A DNA stretch of 64,000 bases, taken from assembly GCA_051294375.1 (NCBI GenBank), contig CM119265.1, forward strand, positions 4,725,170 through 4,789,169. The letters run 5' to 3'. The position numbers and the translations under genes were made by a program. The notes beneath the pieces are model-generated. The model was not told the DNA's origin. It was given only the letters and a program-made list of their open reading frames with translations, and did not search any database. Shown one piece after another: positions 1-12,000 of this stretch (within the stretch, counting starts at the first letter, position 1; every line of letters begins with the position of its first letter). The stretch is from Paraspadella gotoi. Taxonomy: Eukaryota; Animalia; Chaetognatha.

Positions 1-3000
1 TTCAGTGTGAGATTCAATCTTTAGTTAGGACGGAGGCGTACAGAATTTCAGCGTAACAATCCCACGTGAGTTTAAGAACTATATGATACGATTGTGTGTG
101 ATCTCGGAGGATGGATGGACCGGAGAAAACACAGAACTGGAAAAAGGTAAGGCAGCAAGTCAGAGAGGCTAAGGAGTATAATAACTCAGTATGTATATAA
201 TCTCTTTGCCTGATGTATCTCTCACCTTCCTATAGATCTAGCATTTTGACCCCGGATTATATAAAGAACTTCTGCGCTTAGCGAGTAGAATCTCTGTTAA
301 GCGACACAGATTCCATTTGAGAAACAGAGAGAAACAGCTTCTATATCGTTTCTGAGAAAAAACTGCTCGTCTGGACGGCACATAAAGTATTATCTCTCAA
401 TTAAACAAAATGAGATTTATTTTTACGCCGTACTTCTCATACACAAGACAATTACTTTAAAAAATGTTAGACATAGTACACATAATCAAATATTTTTTTG
501 GTGATTACTGGGTTCGGATTACAATCTGTATTCTCTTTTCCTCGATGCTTTTAAGCACTCTCATCACTATCTCACTCCAACTGATCTTACGTCGCTCCCT
601 CACATTTCGTACATGTCTCTTCTGCCTGAATGATCCATTCCCTGGCTCTCCTCTCTCAAGTATCCTCTGTACTTTGCGCAGTTTTCAGAGCTGTTAAAAT
701 CCCAACGTGTAAATGCTGTTCGATGCAGGCTAATCTCGAATATGATAAGGATAAAGGGTCCTTAATTGTGAATGTGTTTTGTGTTCGAATATCGTTATAT
801 TATTTTGAGACATCACCTTGCTCTTGCCGGTTATATCTGTTGTCTGGCACTTGTTCTCTCTATTTTTGTGTTGTTCCTGCCATTATGCTGAATCTTGCAT
901 TGCTTAGAACACTTTAACAGTTGTTATTATCTTCGTCGGAGTCATAGAAGCAGTACTAATATCATCTCACTGACTATATTGGTGATATCAGCAGAAAAGA
1001 AGATAACTGAACTTCTGGAAATAGGCTCGCGTCGCGATATGTTATCAGCCCATTGCTTCCTCAGTGCTGGAGCAAGTATAATCTATAATTAACATCGTTT
1101 AGAGATTATTCCGGACGCTGTGTGTATATACACTAGTGAAACAGTATACGGGAGGTAATGAGGAGATTGTCTGCACCGTCCCGCCGATAAGAGTAACAGG
1201 GCGCATTTAATAATATATAGTGATCTCGCCCCGATCCTGCGCAGCAGCGAATGTGCCTAGCCTTGTAACGATGTGGCGTCGTTGAATGTCGCTACGCTCA
1301 TTCGCACAGCATTCGCAGTTGCACTAGAGACAAAGCTTTCTTGAAATGATGATAATTTAATTGACAGCCTCGACCACTGACGTTAACAATATAATTACCA
1401 TAGATATCTGACCGAGCTCTGTGTAGATCAAAACAGGCTAAAATGCATCACTTCAATATCTCTTTTAAGTGATCGGAAAGCACAAAAAAACAGAAACTAC
1501 TAGTAGATACTATGGATAAGGCGCTTAGTGGGCATTAAATCATAAGAGAGATGACTATCCGTAACTGCCTATAGGGATGACCGACCGGAGACGCGCACGC
1601 TCTCGAGCAGACGAGTGAGAAATCAAAATCGAGATACCATCGAGACAGACATTGGAGGAACTAAAGCCCCATAGTGACGGGAAACGTATCGCGCACATAA
1701 TCTCACAAACGAGAGAGTACCTCACGATTTGGCGGAACAACCAGACGACTCGTCCGAATGCTTGAGCAGGGAGACTTTAGAGTAAACACGAACGACGGGC
1801 CCAGAGTATCTTGCTGAGAGACCGGTACCCCTGAGAGCTAGAGCTGATGCTTTCACTCGCCAATGAGCCACACCCGGGGTCACAACTGGAAGAGAGATCA
1901 AATCTCACCATATATAAGACAGCGAACTCAGGTCGGTAATAGACTACTACCCGGTAAGACTCAAACGTAAACAAACAAAAGGACATCTTAACCTGCACTA
2001 TCTATCTCATCATCTTTCACCACTCACACCCACAAGACATCACACTCACATCAACAACCACAACACAATTGGTTAAAGCAATAAATTATCACTGCTTTCT
2101 CTCACCCACACAAACACGTCGTGCCAAGAGAGCTTGTGTAATGAGGGCGTATTCCGAGAGCCGAGTACCAATGGAGAGGAGTCAGAGGCACGAAGACGGT
2201 GTGCGTTGTCAGACAACTCGGGTGGCGGAGGGAGGCGGAGAGACTGGAAGATCAACGAGCCGTCCTTCTGGATGTCCCAACGGACGCCTGCGAGCCTGAT
2301 GTCGTGCCTCTCGTCTCAGCGACAAACAGATAGAGTGTGAGAGCCGCGCGGCGAGTATAATGGATGACGATACGTCGATATCTTGTTCTCTTGTGAGTGT
2401 TTGTTGTCGCCAGGTTCGGTGACGGAGTTAATCTAATGAGCGCATCTCATGCGAATGTAAGAATTGACTCACTCCGCTGGAGGATGAAGAGGGGAAAATT
2501 GATGGACACCGACAGGATTATGATGGATAAGAGAAAAATGAAAAGATAATGTAAGGGTTGGCTGGGTGCCTCTAGGCATGCGCCAACATCGCAGCGAGAG
2601 AGGAAGATTAAATGGTGGAGCAGACCAGGATAAAATCAGACTATCTGCGGACTCTCCAATTCTATAAGACAATGGCTGTGTTCATAATTATCTGCTATGT
2701 CGACCTTTATCTGCCATAACAGAGAGACGCTTCAAATCTGTCACATGTACTACTCCTAAAGTACCATTGATCTATTGCACTAACGCGCAATCATTAAACG
2801 CTAAAAACGCTAGATATAATTGCGACCGAAAGAGAAGATTCGAAAATGGGTGTTTTGTACAAAAATATGAGGCCTAGAGAAACTCTCGTATTTGTCTTCG
2901 TTCTCTATTAATAAGTTATGCGTTCTGTCTCTGGTGAGTTTGTTCTAGTTGCAAAAGCGTGAGAAAATATAATGACTCGAGCGGGCTATCGGAATATGCA

Positions 3001-6000
3001 AATATATTTTATACTCAGTCCTCTTTAAGAAAGAGTGCTATAATTCCGATATGTAAGTAATGGTCGATATGACAGTCTTCTTTTAGAGTGCTCTCTATCA
3101 AGTGACGAAGGTACTTTGATCTCCGTTTGTTTTTCAGCAAGCGACAGTTGAGAATTGTAATATAATATTTCACAATAATATATGTCTTCATTTAGCGCCT
3201 CGAGAGTCAAAATTGCAAATGGCGAGTTAAGCTCGGGTTGAGAAGCTTAGGTAATTTGATTATCTTGCCCCTAATTACACTGAGCAACCACAAGGTGTTA
3301 GCTCTCTACAATCAAATAAACAAACAACGAGAGAAATTGCCATATCTCTATAAATAAAAAGACCGAAAGGATTTTATCTTAAATTTAGAGATAGGGTGAA
3401 GATTTCTGAAGATCAAAATATTTGGCTTTAAGTATTTAATTTATTAAAGATACATAAAACAATATACTTCATTTTCTTTTAATGCTGTTTTTAATGTTCG
3501 TTATCGCACTAAATCTGACGAGATTTTTCTGTCTCGTTCACAATCTGTTGTTTCAAGCGATTCTGGAGGGTGCAAATCTATAATTTCTAAAAATGGAGCG
3601 GTAAATACTCTATATATTTTTGTCAAGATAGGCATGGGGACGATAATATAGATCGCTAATCAGCATTAGAAGTATAGTAAAACTACTATATGGCTACTAC
3701 CCAGAAACCCAAATAAAAATTGAATATAAAAGATTATAAAATGGTGCAGTTGATTAAATAAAAAAAATTAACGATGATAATCCCACAACGCCAAAGTTAG
3801 GTAAGAATAATAAATCATAAGGAAAGAGGAGAGTGTAGAATAAGCAGATTTGTCGAGCAATGTAGTAATATTCAGTCTTAGTAATCCTGATGAATGTGCA
3901 TTGAAAAAGCAAGGATTTAATAACGCTCTGCATGGAATATCCCCACGCATGGGAATGGTAGAGCACGAAATAGTTAACGCGACACGATACTGTACTCCTC
4001 CCGCGATGATAGTCGGACAACTAAAAAGTATGTTGTATAGTTGTATCTTAAATTTTAGCGAATGGTCAAAGCTGCAGATATGTAGAATGCCTTTGTATGT
4101 ATATATGTATGTGATTTGGGATTACTCATTACCGGGTTCGGTCCCTAGCTGATTAATATCAAAAATTTTGAAGCTTCGTATTATCGGAGAGGAGATAATG
4201 ATCTCGAGTAGATATGATTTTCGCAAATAAAAAAAATCTAAAAAAGATTGCTCTTATATTTTGCAATCATTAACGAAAGATTTTTTTAAATCTCTCGGTC
4301 AAAAGTAATAAAATGACATTCTTAAACATACGGTCGGTCGGCTGAAAAATGTTTATGCTTTAGATTTAAAAAATCAGGACTATAATAAATACACTCCAAG
4401 TCCACGGTCAGGCGCAACACAAAATACGGCGCTGAAACTGCAGAACGATTCGAGTTCGTTTAGCGTATTAAGTTTTTTTTTAAGATAAAAGTTATTTTAG
4501 TTCTTTCATTAAAATAGAATTTGGGCTAAAACTAAGTTGTACGAGGTTGTGTCATGAATGAGCAATTAAAGTTTTTATGAGTGATAACGTTTTTGTTGTG
4601 TAAAAAAATAAGTAACGCCAAAAAATATCGGTTCTTTTTTTTTTTATTTAGAGGGAAAAATTCGTGCCAAAATTCGATCTGATGTTTTCACTGATCTTTC
4701 TCTCTCACATTGGATATTTTAGTGAAATGTTTTGACTATTTGTAAACTTGCGCATGGGAATAAGGCCTTCTTTTTCGTTTGTTGTAAGGAGTTTTTTCGG
4801 AATTTTTTTACAGAAGCGATGTTTTATTTGGTGGAAAAAAGCAGAGCGATGTTTCTCCGGAGCTCATAATTTTCGAGCCTTCTCACTGGCAGGCAGCTTG
4901 GACGAGTTTGTTGAATTGAGAAATACAGATTTTTGGAAGCTTGAATATTTTCCTCTCTCTGCTCTCTTCTGCTCCCTCTCTCTGCTCTGCTCTCCCTTAC
5001 TTACTGCTTTCACCAATTATCATGTTCTTTTTCACCAACTTATTCAAGATTGCGCTTATCATAAAAATCTGTCCTCAAGCACTGACTCACTGTCGCTTTC
5101 TCAAGGTTCATGTGTTTGAAACTTTACTCTTTAGCTCTCATCTTTTCTCTCGCTCTGCTCTCGATCTCTCGTCTCTCTGGCTCGTGCTCTCTCTTGTCTT
5201 TCAACGTATGCAAATTGTATCGCTACGAGTTCACCAAATGTCAAGTGGCTGATGAAGGCCTCGAATCGATTCTGGGTGAGCCGTTCGAATCCAGGTGCGA
5301 ACAGATCGTGGTACTCGATTTGCTTCCGGGTTTTTTCAAGCAGATCCGGGTGCGAGTTGGATAATCGGTCGGAATCGTCTGGTCGGTTCGGGTATTATCC
5401 GGGAGGTCAGGAATTGGGCGATCGGTCGGAAAATCATCGTTCCGGTTTCCGCTATCGGGTCGGCTATCAGGTGCGGTGCGGATACAGTGTCGGGTCCGAT
5501 CGAGGCGAAACGGTATGGCAAAAAGAGGCAAGCAAAAAACTCTATTTCGGGATGGATATATTTACGGGCAAGAGAAGATTCGGGAAAGAATAAGACAAAG
5601 TCCATATAGTTACATATCCAGTACACTCACTAATCTGTCTACTCTCTTCTCGTCTCATGCATCGTCGGCGTCCTCTTCTCTCCTCTTCATATCTCTCTCA
5701 TTTCTTTCATTCTCTCAGGCGCCATTGTAAAAGCTCATTCAAGATGACTCTTCAGCGTTGCGACGTTCTTCTTCTTTCTTCTCTCTCGACTCTCACGGTA
5801 GGCTGTCCTAACCTCTCTCGTCGCTCTACAGCATCTCTCTCTGTGCATAGTCTCCAATATCGTATCTGCGTCTCTCTGGGACAAATCGAGGGAGTCATGT
5901 GATCAGTCCACGTGATCAAAAAGTCAATTGAACCGCGAGAAGGACGTGATCCCAGCCAGGACAAAGAGAACGAACGACGAGCCGATAACCGACACGGCGA

Positions 6001-6040
6001 TACGACGGGAGAGACAGACGAACGACTACGACGAGGAGGT
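1..6040. other. Probable low-accuracy (unpolished long-read) sequence at window start; no interpretable gene
   Basis: Only short ORFs with no recognisable domains. Simple repeats are fragmented (broken CT and GAC runs at 4950-5190, 5640-5880, 5970-6035), unlike the clean microsatellites downstream. Inference from sequence texture only. Confidence 0.4.
5255..5590. repeat. Degenerate GC-rich short-motif repeat (TCGG/CGGGT/TCCGG units)
   Basis: Many interspersed copies of tcgg, cgggt, tccgg and atcgg (e.g. ggtcggttcgggtattatccggg, tcgggtcggctatc, gtcgggtccgatcg). Overlapping ORFs on both strands result from the repeat. Confidence 0.5.
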
Positions 6041-9000
6041 CAATTATTTATCGGCCACTATAATTATCGGACCGTCGCTGATAACGATCCGTTTTTGACC
6101 AAATCCAAAAGGAATAATTTATCTTCTTTTTTTTTTATCCTTTTCATTCAACAAAATCAAAGGTACATTAATCAAGTAAATGCAACCCAGCTATAGATTG
6201 AAAATAGATTCTTGACGAACATGGTTAAATTTTTAGCACAATCTTTGATCCGCGAATTTCGCGTCATCCCGATCCCGACCTTTTTGATGACCCACGATTT
6301 GACCCATGGATGACCCTCGATCGCTGAGATGGAAACGAAATCGATAGTCGGGGGTTTTAGTTGTTGTTGTTGTTTATTGGTTGTTACGTGGGTTGGTAAG
6401 AGCGCGGTAAATGGAAGGTTTTTCATTTCGGGCTGAAAGCAGAGATTTTACCTTCATTCAGTTTCAGGAAATTTTGACGTCTTTATATCCTGACAACAAC
6501 AACAACAACGAAATTTAAGAACAACAACAAAAAGAACAACCTCGGCGCCGTCAAATCATTAAGCTCATAATGACGTCCTTTGGTCGATCCTTTTGCCGCA
6601 GGAATCGATGACGTTAATCCGGTTTTCCGTTCTCGCTTTGGATTGGGAGCTATGCGAGGGGGGTGGCAGTGAGAGTCGTATGGATAAATCTCCGTGGCCT
6701 CACCCTGAAACGTATTCTATTACCCCGCGGCCTTACCTTTTTCCGTCGGCCCGCGCAGCGTTTTCAGCTTCTCCCCCCGCCCCTCTCTCTCTCTCTCTTT
6801 CTCTCCCCTAACCCCCGACTTTTTGACGTTTTTTCATCCAAGTTTGTTTTGGTTATTCGGGTGGCCAGGTTAGGCTTTTGTTTCCCTTACCGGAGATATT
6901 GTTTGTTGATTCGGGGCGGTCGAGTTTGGGGTCGTTCGTTTAAGCTCAAGATTCGACGCGGGCGTTCCCAAATCGTTTCTTTTGTTTCGGTTTCCGATTG
7001 TTTAGTCGTTTTGTTGTTTTGTTTTTATTCGATCCCCGTCGGATCCATGATTATGTTCACGATTGTTTTGTGAGAGGAAGAGATGATTTCGGCGATCGGT
7101 AAAGTCGGATTAATTTCCTTGAGGTCAGTGGGAAGCTGAAGAGCGACGACGACGACGACGACAGCTACACCGGTCGGCGGCGAGATCCTTATGGCCCGTC
7201 AACCGGCGGCGGAGCATCCCTCTTACGTCCTTCTGTTTACTTTCCCGTCGAATAATCTAAAAGTTTAGAGAAACCTTCCCGCGGGAAGATAAACTTGACG
7301 AGCATTCCAGAAGTCAAGTTTGTGCGTTCAAAAAGTGAGAAGAAGCTGCGAGAAAAACAACTGTTAAAGTTTAAGATGGAAACGAAGGGGAAAAAAAAAG
7401 AAAATCGACAGAAAAGAAAAAGAAAGAGATAAAAATATTTACAAACTAAAACCATCCTTTCATCGGTCGAGGGAAGTTTAAAACTAATGAAACTGCAAGA
7501 AGACTTAAATATTTTTCCGCTTTTTTTGTGTGTGTATATTTCGATTGCCTCGAGTGAAGTCGACATTTCCAAGAAAAGAGGAATGCGTGAACTAATTAAC
7601 TTTTTGCTGGAGAAACAATTAGCGACGTCGTTAGTCAAGGTCACACCGAGTCCTAGATACTACAATAATTTATTCTGTCAGAACGACTCTTCTTTCTTTT
7701 TACCCTCAGCTGCATATACTTAGCATTCAGCGACAAAAAAAAAACCGATTTTTTTGATTGTTTAATTTAACGATTGCTCAAAATTTATGTAGTTTTTAGG
7801 GCTGACGTCGATTCACGATTCGGGATATAAACTAATAATTCGTTTAATGTTCTTCGCGATCTGTAAAGACCTAAGATTCGTCCAAATCTTTCCTAACACT
7901 GTAAAGTTTAAAACCGCGAGTGGCTCCTGCCCTTGCGGCATTGTCGAAATATTTACCCCGGCCGCCGTGATTTTCATTATTATGCATTTTATATTCTATT
8001 GTTGTGATTAATTGAAGTGATATCAGCGCCTTTCCTCTCAGACAAGTCCCCCCCNNNNNNNNNNNNNNNNNNNNNNNNNNNNGAGGGAAGAAGGGGAGAT
8101 GGCGAATACAGACGTGATAATTTTAGGTGGTTGTTTTTTAAAGATTCACGCTTCCATCCGTAAACAAAAAAGACCCGAAAACTCTCACTAACGTAAACAA
8201 TATTCGATAAAAACGGAGGAGCGAGGGTTCGAGTAATAGAAACCCCGTTTTTAACTCTCCCATTAGCCGAGACCCGATAAAGCGACTTATGTTTCCCGTC
8301 GTCCTTCCCGCGCTTAACCCCGACCCGATCTCGCTCCACCGTAGCTTCTTTTAAAAAGGCGGTAAATGATTAATGAAAATAGACGAGCGATATACTGTAG
8401 TATACTATACCAATCTTCTTCTATAACGTTTAATTCTGTAATATTTCAGAAATTAATAATAAATAAGACTCATTGGAATTAATTCCTGGTTAGAGGTTTT
8501 TTTNNNNNNNNNNNNNNNNNNNNNNNNNNNNNNNNNNNNNNNNNNNNNNNNNNNNNNNNNNNNNNNNNNNNNNNNNNNNNNNNNNNNNNNNNNNNNNNNN
8601 NNNNNNNNNNNNNNNNNNNNNNNNNNNNNNNNNNNNNNNNNNNNNNNNNNNNNNNNNNNNNNNNNNNNNNNNNNNNNNNNNNNNNNNNNNNNNNNNNNNN
8701 NNNNNNNNNNNNNNNNNNNNNNNTCCATTCCCGGCGACTTTATCTGTTGGGATTGAGATTGGCGCGAGGAGAAAGTGGAATATCTTACATCCACTTCTTA
8801 GTCACTCTCCCNNNNNNNNNNNNNNNNNNNNNNNNNNNNNNNNNNNNNNNNNNNNNNNNNNNNNNNNNNNNNNNNNNNNNNNNNNNNNNNNNNNNNNNNN
8901 NNNNNNNNNNNNNNNNNNNNNNNNNNNNNNNNNNNNNNNNNNNNNNNNNNNNNNNNNNNNNNNNNNNNNNNNNNNNNNNNNNNNNNNNNNNNNNNNNNNN

Positions 9001-12000
9001 NNNNNNNNNNNNNNNNNNNNNNNNNNNNNNNNNNNNNNNNNNNNNNNNNNNNNNNNNNNNNNNNNNNTAAAAAATATTAATTATCATCTTATTTTTTGGT
9101 TTATAAAAACAGCAAAAAAACCACATAAAATCCTTAGAAAAAGAAATAACTTCGATACTTCTAACCATCGCCAACGCTCTCCGTCTCAATCCTCTCACGT
9201 CTGTGAAAAGTCTTTATTTATTTTTCCCGGGAAAAAAGCAACGAAGACGCAAATATAATTTCCTGACGGGATTTCGTCCTTCAAGACTCAAGACTAAGAT
9301 CACGGGGTCACGCGCGCGCGGGCGTCTCANNNNNNNNNNNNNNNNNNNNNNNNNNNNNNNNNNNNNNNNNNNNNNNNNNNNNNNNNNNNNNNNNNNNNNN
9401 NNNNNNNNNNNNNNNNNNNNNNNNNNNNNNNNNNNNNNNNNNNNNNNNNNNNNNNNNNNNNNNNNNNNNNNNNNNNNNNNNNNNNNNNNNNNNNNNNNNN
9501 NNNNNNNNNNNNNNNNNNNNNNNNNNNNNNNNNNNNNNNNNNNNNNNNNNNNNNNNNNNNNNNNNNNNNNNNNNNNNNNNNNNNNNNNNNNTTTTTTTTC
9601 TTTTATATTTCGAAACTGAACGTCTCTGCGACTTTTCTTTCTTCTCTTCGTCTCATCGACATTTCTTTCCCTTATTTTCTTTTTCGTCTCTTCTCTTACA
9701 ATTTTCTTTCCTTGATTTGCCTCTTATTCTGATCGACATTCTATCACATTTCACAAGATTCACTCTTTTTATTCGCGGACGAGAGGGTACAGTTACGTAG
9801 TCCAAAAGCCCTTCATGACACCTGAACTTAAATTTGTATATTTATGTTATGTATGTACTTAATTAAATATAATTTGTTATGCTTAATATCTCTAACGGCC
9901 TCATCCTCTGCTTCTTTCGTTTCGAGGCACCCGTGGGTCATTGACTCGTTGCTTCCTGGTNNNNNNNNNNNNNNNNNNNNNNNNNNNNNNNNNNNNNNNN
10001 NNNNNNNNNNNNNNNNNNNNNNNNNNNNNNNNNNNNNNNNNNNNNNNNNNNNNNNNNNNNNNNNNNNNNNNNNNNNNNNNNNNNNNNNNNNNNNNNNNNN
10101 NNNNNNNNNNNNNNNNNNNNNNNNNNNNNNNNNNNNNNNNNNNNNNNNNNNNNNNNNNNNNNNNNNNNNNNNNNACCTGTTACGTTCAAAAGGAGAGATT
10201 TTCTGTACATCGGAGAAAGAAAGAAATAGAAAAAAAAAGTAGTTCCCTTTTTTCGCATCTAGGAGCGTCCGAGCATCGTTCCTTCTCCTTTTTTCCTTTG
10301 ACTCGAGTTGCTATTTTGTTCGCGTCTCTTTTTCGCCCGTCGACCCCAACGCCTTTAAAGCCGCCTTACGAGGCCTTGAGGGTCGAATGACTCCCTTTTT
10401 ATGAGCGCGATTTCGAGATTCGCCGGCGTTAAGGAAATCGTTAGGAGCGCGTTAAGGGTCCTTGTCCGAGAGGCTCGATCTCTTTCGCGCCTGAAAAACG
10501 GTCGACAGGGTTCCCGGATGTTGTTGAGAAAGATTAGTTCTCTTTTTTAAAATAATCTTGACACTTGTTGAGGTTGTTTAACCGATAATTCATCTCGACC
10601 ATTCTTCTTATTTACATCTGTTCTCATTGAAACCTCGCCCAGACCCCTGCGACTCTTTTTAAACGATCTCCCCTCCAACTCTTTGTCAGCCTCCCCGCCG
10701 CGCGCTTCCCCGTTCGTCGAAAGGGTTAAAGGTTTTGATCGTTCATTTGTTTAAAGCGAACCTTTGAAGCGATTAATCGAAAAAAAAAAGTGGTTCGGAA
10801 AAACATAAAATATTTTCTTTATTTTCATTCTCTCCCTCCATTCACCTCCTCTTTAACTCACCGACTCAAATCACCGATTTAATCGGTCATGTAAATCGCA
10901 TTCGTTAGGCAAATTCGATGCTTCCCCGTCCCTTCTATTTCTTTTACCTTTCAATCTTATCCTAATTTCCCTTCTGGCCCCCCCCTCCCCGGCTCCCATC
11001 CCTCGTCCCCCCCTCTCCACTCTCCCTTCTCCCCCATTCCCCAGGCTCGTACGTTGGCTCGTGAGATCCCGAAGACCTTGAACAATGAGCGACCACACGG
11101 GATTAATCGTTTCGGGCAAAACCGATTTGAGATTTAAATAAATTTCCTCCTTTCGTTTGCCGGTTGCACGATCCCGATCGATCACTCCCCTTTCTATCCT
11201 GGATATCTTCACGTCTTCTTTCTTAAATTATTCGTTGGTCATTGATTAGAAAGTTGTGCTTGTGTATGTTTCAATTTTTGTGCATGTGTATTTTGCTTCT
11301 TATTGAATGAATTACAAATTTATAAATAACTAAATAAATAAATGAATAATTGCCGATTGAAAGACTAAGCCCAAGCACTCAATAAAAATTAAAACAAAAA
11401 ACGAAATACCAATATCACTTTCTATCTAAGTATACTATATTGATATAAGAAATTGTTTAAATTCATATATTTCTTCGGTAAATAAGCTATTTTAGGTTTA
11501 AATGTGTTAATTAAATTCTAACGTTAAAAATTTAAAACCATATATTTAAATTAGTTCCTTCTGCATCAGACGTTGTGACTCGTCAAACGTCGTCACGACG
11601 ACGACGAAGACGACGAAACGAAATTCATGGGCTTCGCCGCATGAGTCACGGAATCAACGATTCTATGATTCACGGTTTTTCACGCCGAGTTTATTAAACT
11701 CACGAGAGTCACGACTCCCTTTCGATTCGACGTCTGACCGTTTAAGGTTTTTGCGGTTCCTTCGTCGTAAAAAGTTTGATTGATGCATGTATCGTAGCAT
11801 TTATCACATTATTCTCTCTTCTCTACTCTCTCTCTCATCTCTTCTCTCTCTGATATCGACCTTCCCACCCGAGCTTCCGGTCGGATAAGTAACCGAATTT
11901 TAAAGTCCCCACACATCACGTTCATTAATTTACCACGTCATCGCCGTCATCGCCCTCAAACCTTCAACCATCACTTCTCACCTCCTCCCCTTTCGGTTTC

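Noticed and set aside
6361-6540. (TTG)n and (CAA)n tracts facing each other as an inverted repeat
   Set aside because: Short simple repeats common in this sequence; complementarity does not extend into the flanks.
7025-7050. ttcgatccccgtcggatcca resembling a tRNA T-loop and acceptor end
   Set aside because: No pairing T-stem 5' strand, D-arm/A-box or acceptor complement upstream.
8453-10390. Long ORFs containing X runs (also at 15002-15716, 59275-60102 and 63084-63989)
   Set aside because: Open only because they run through N gaps.
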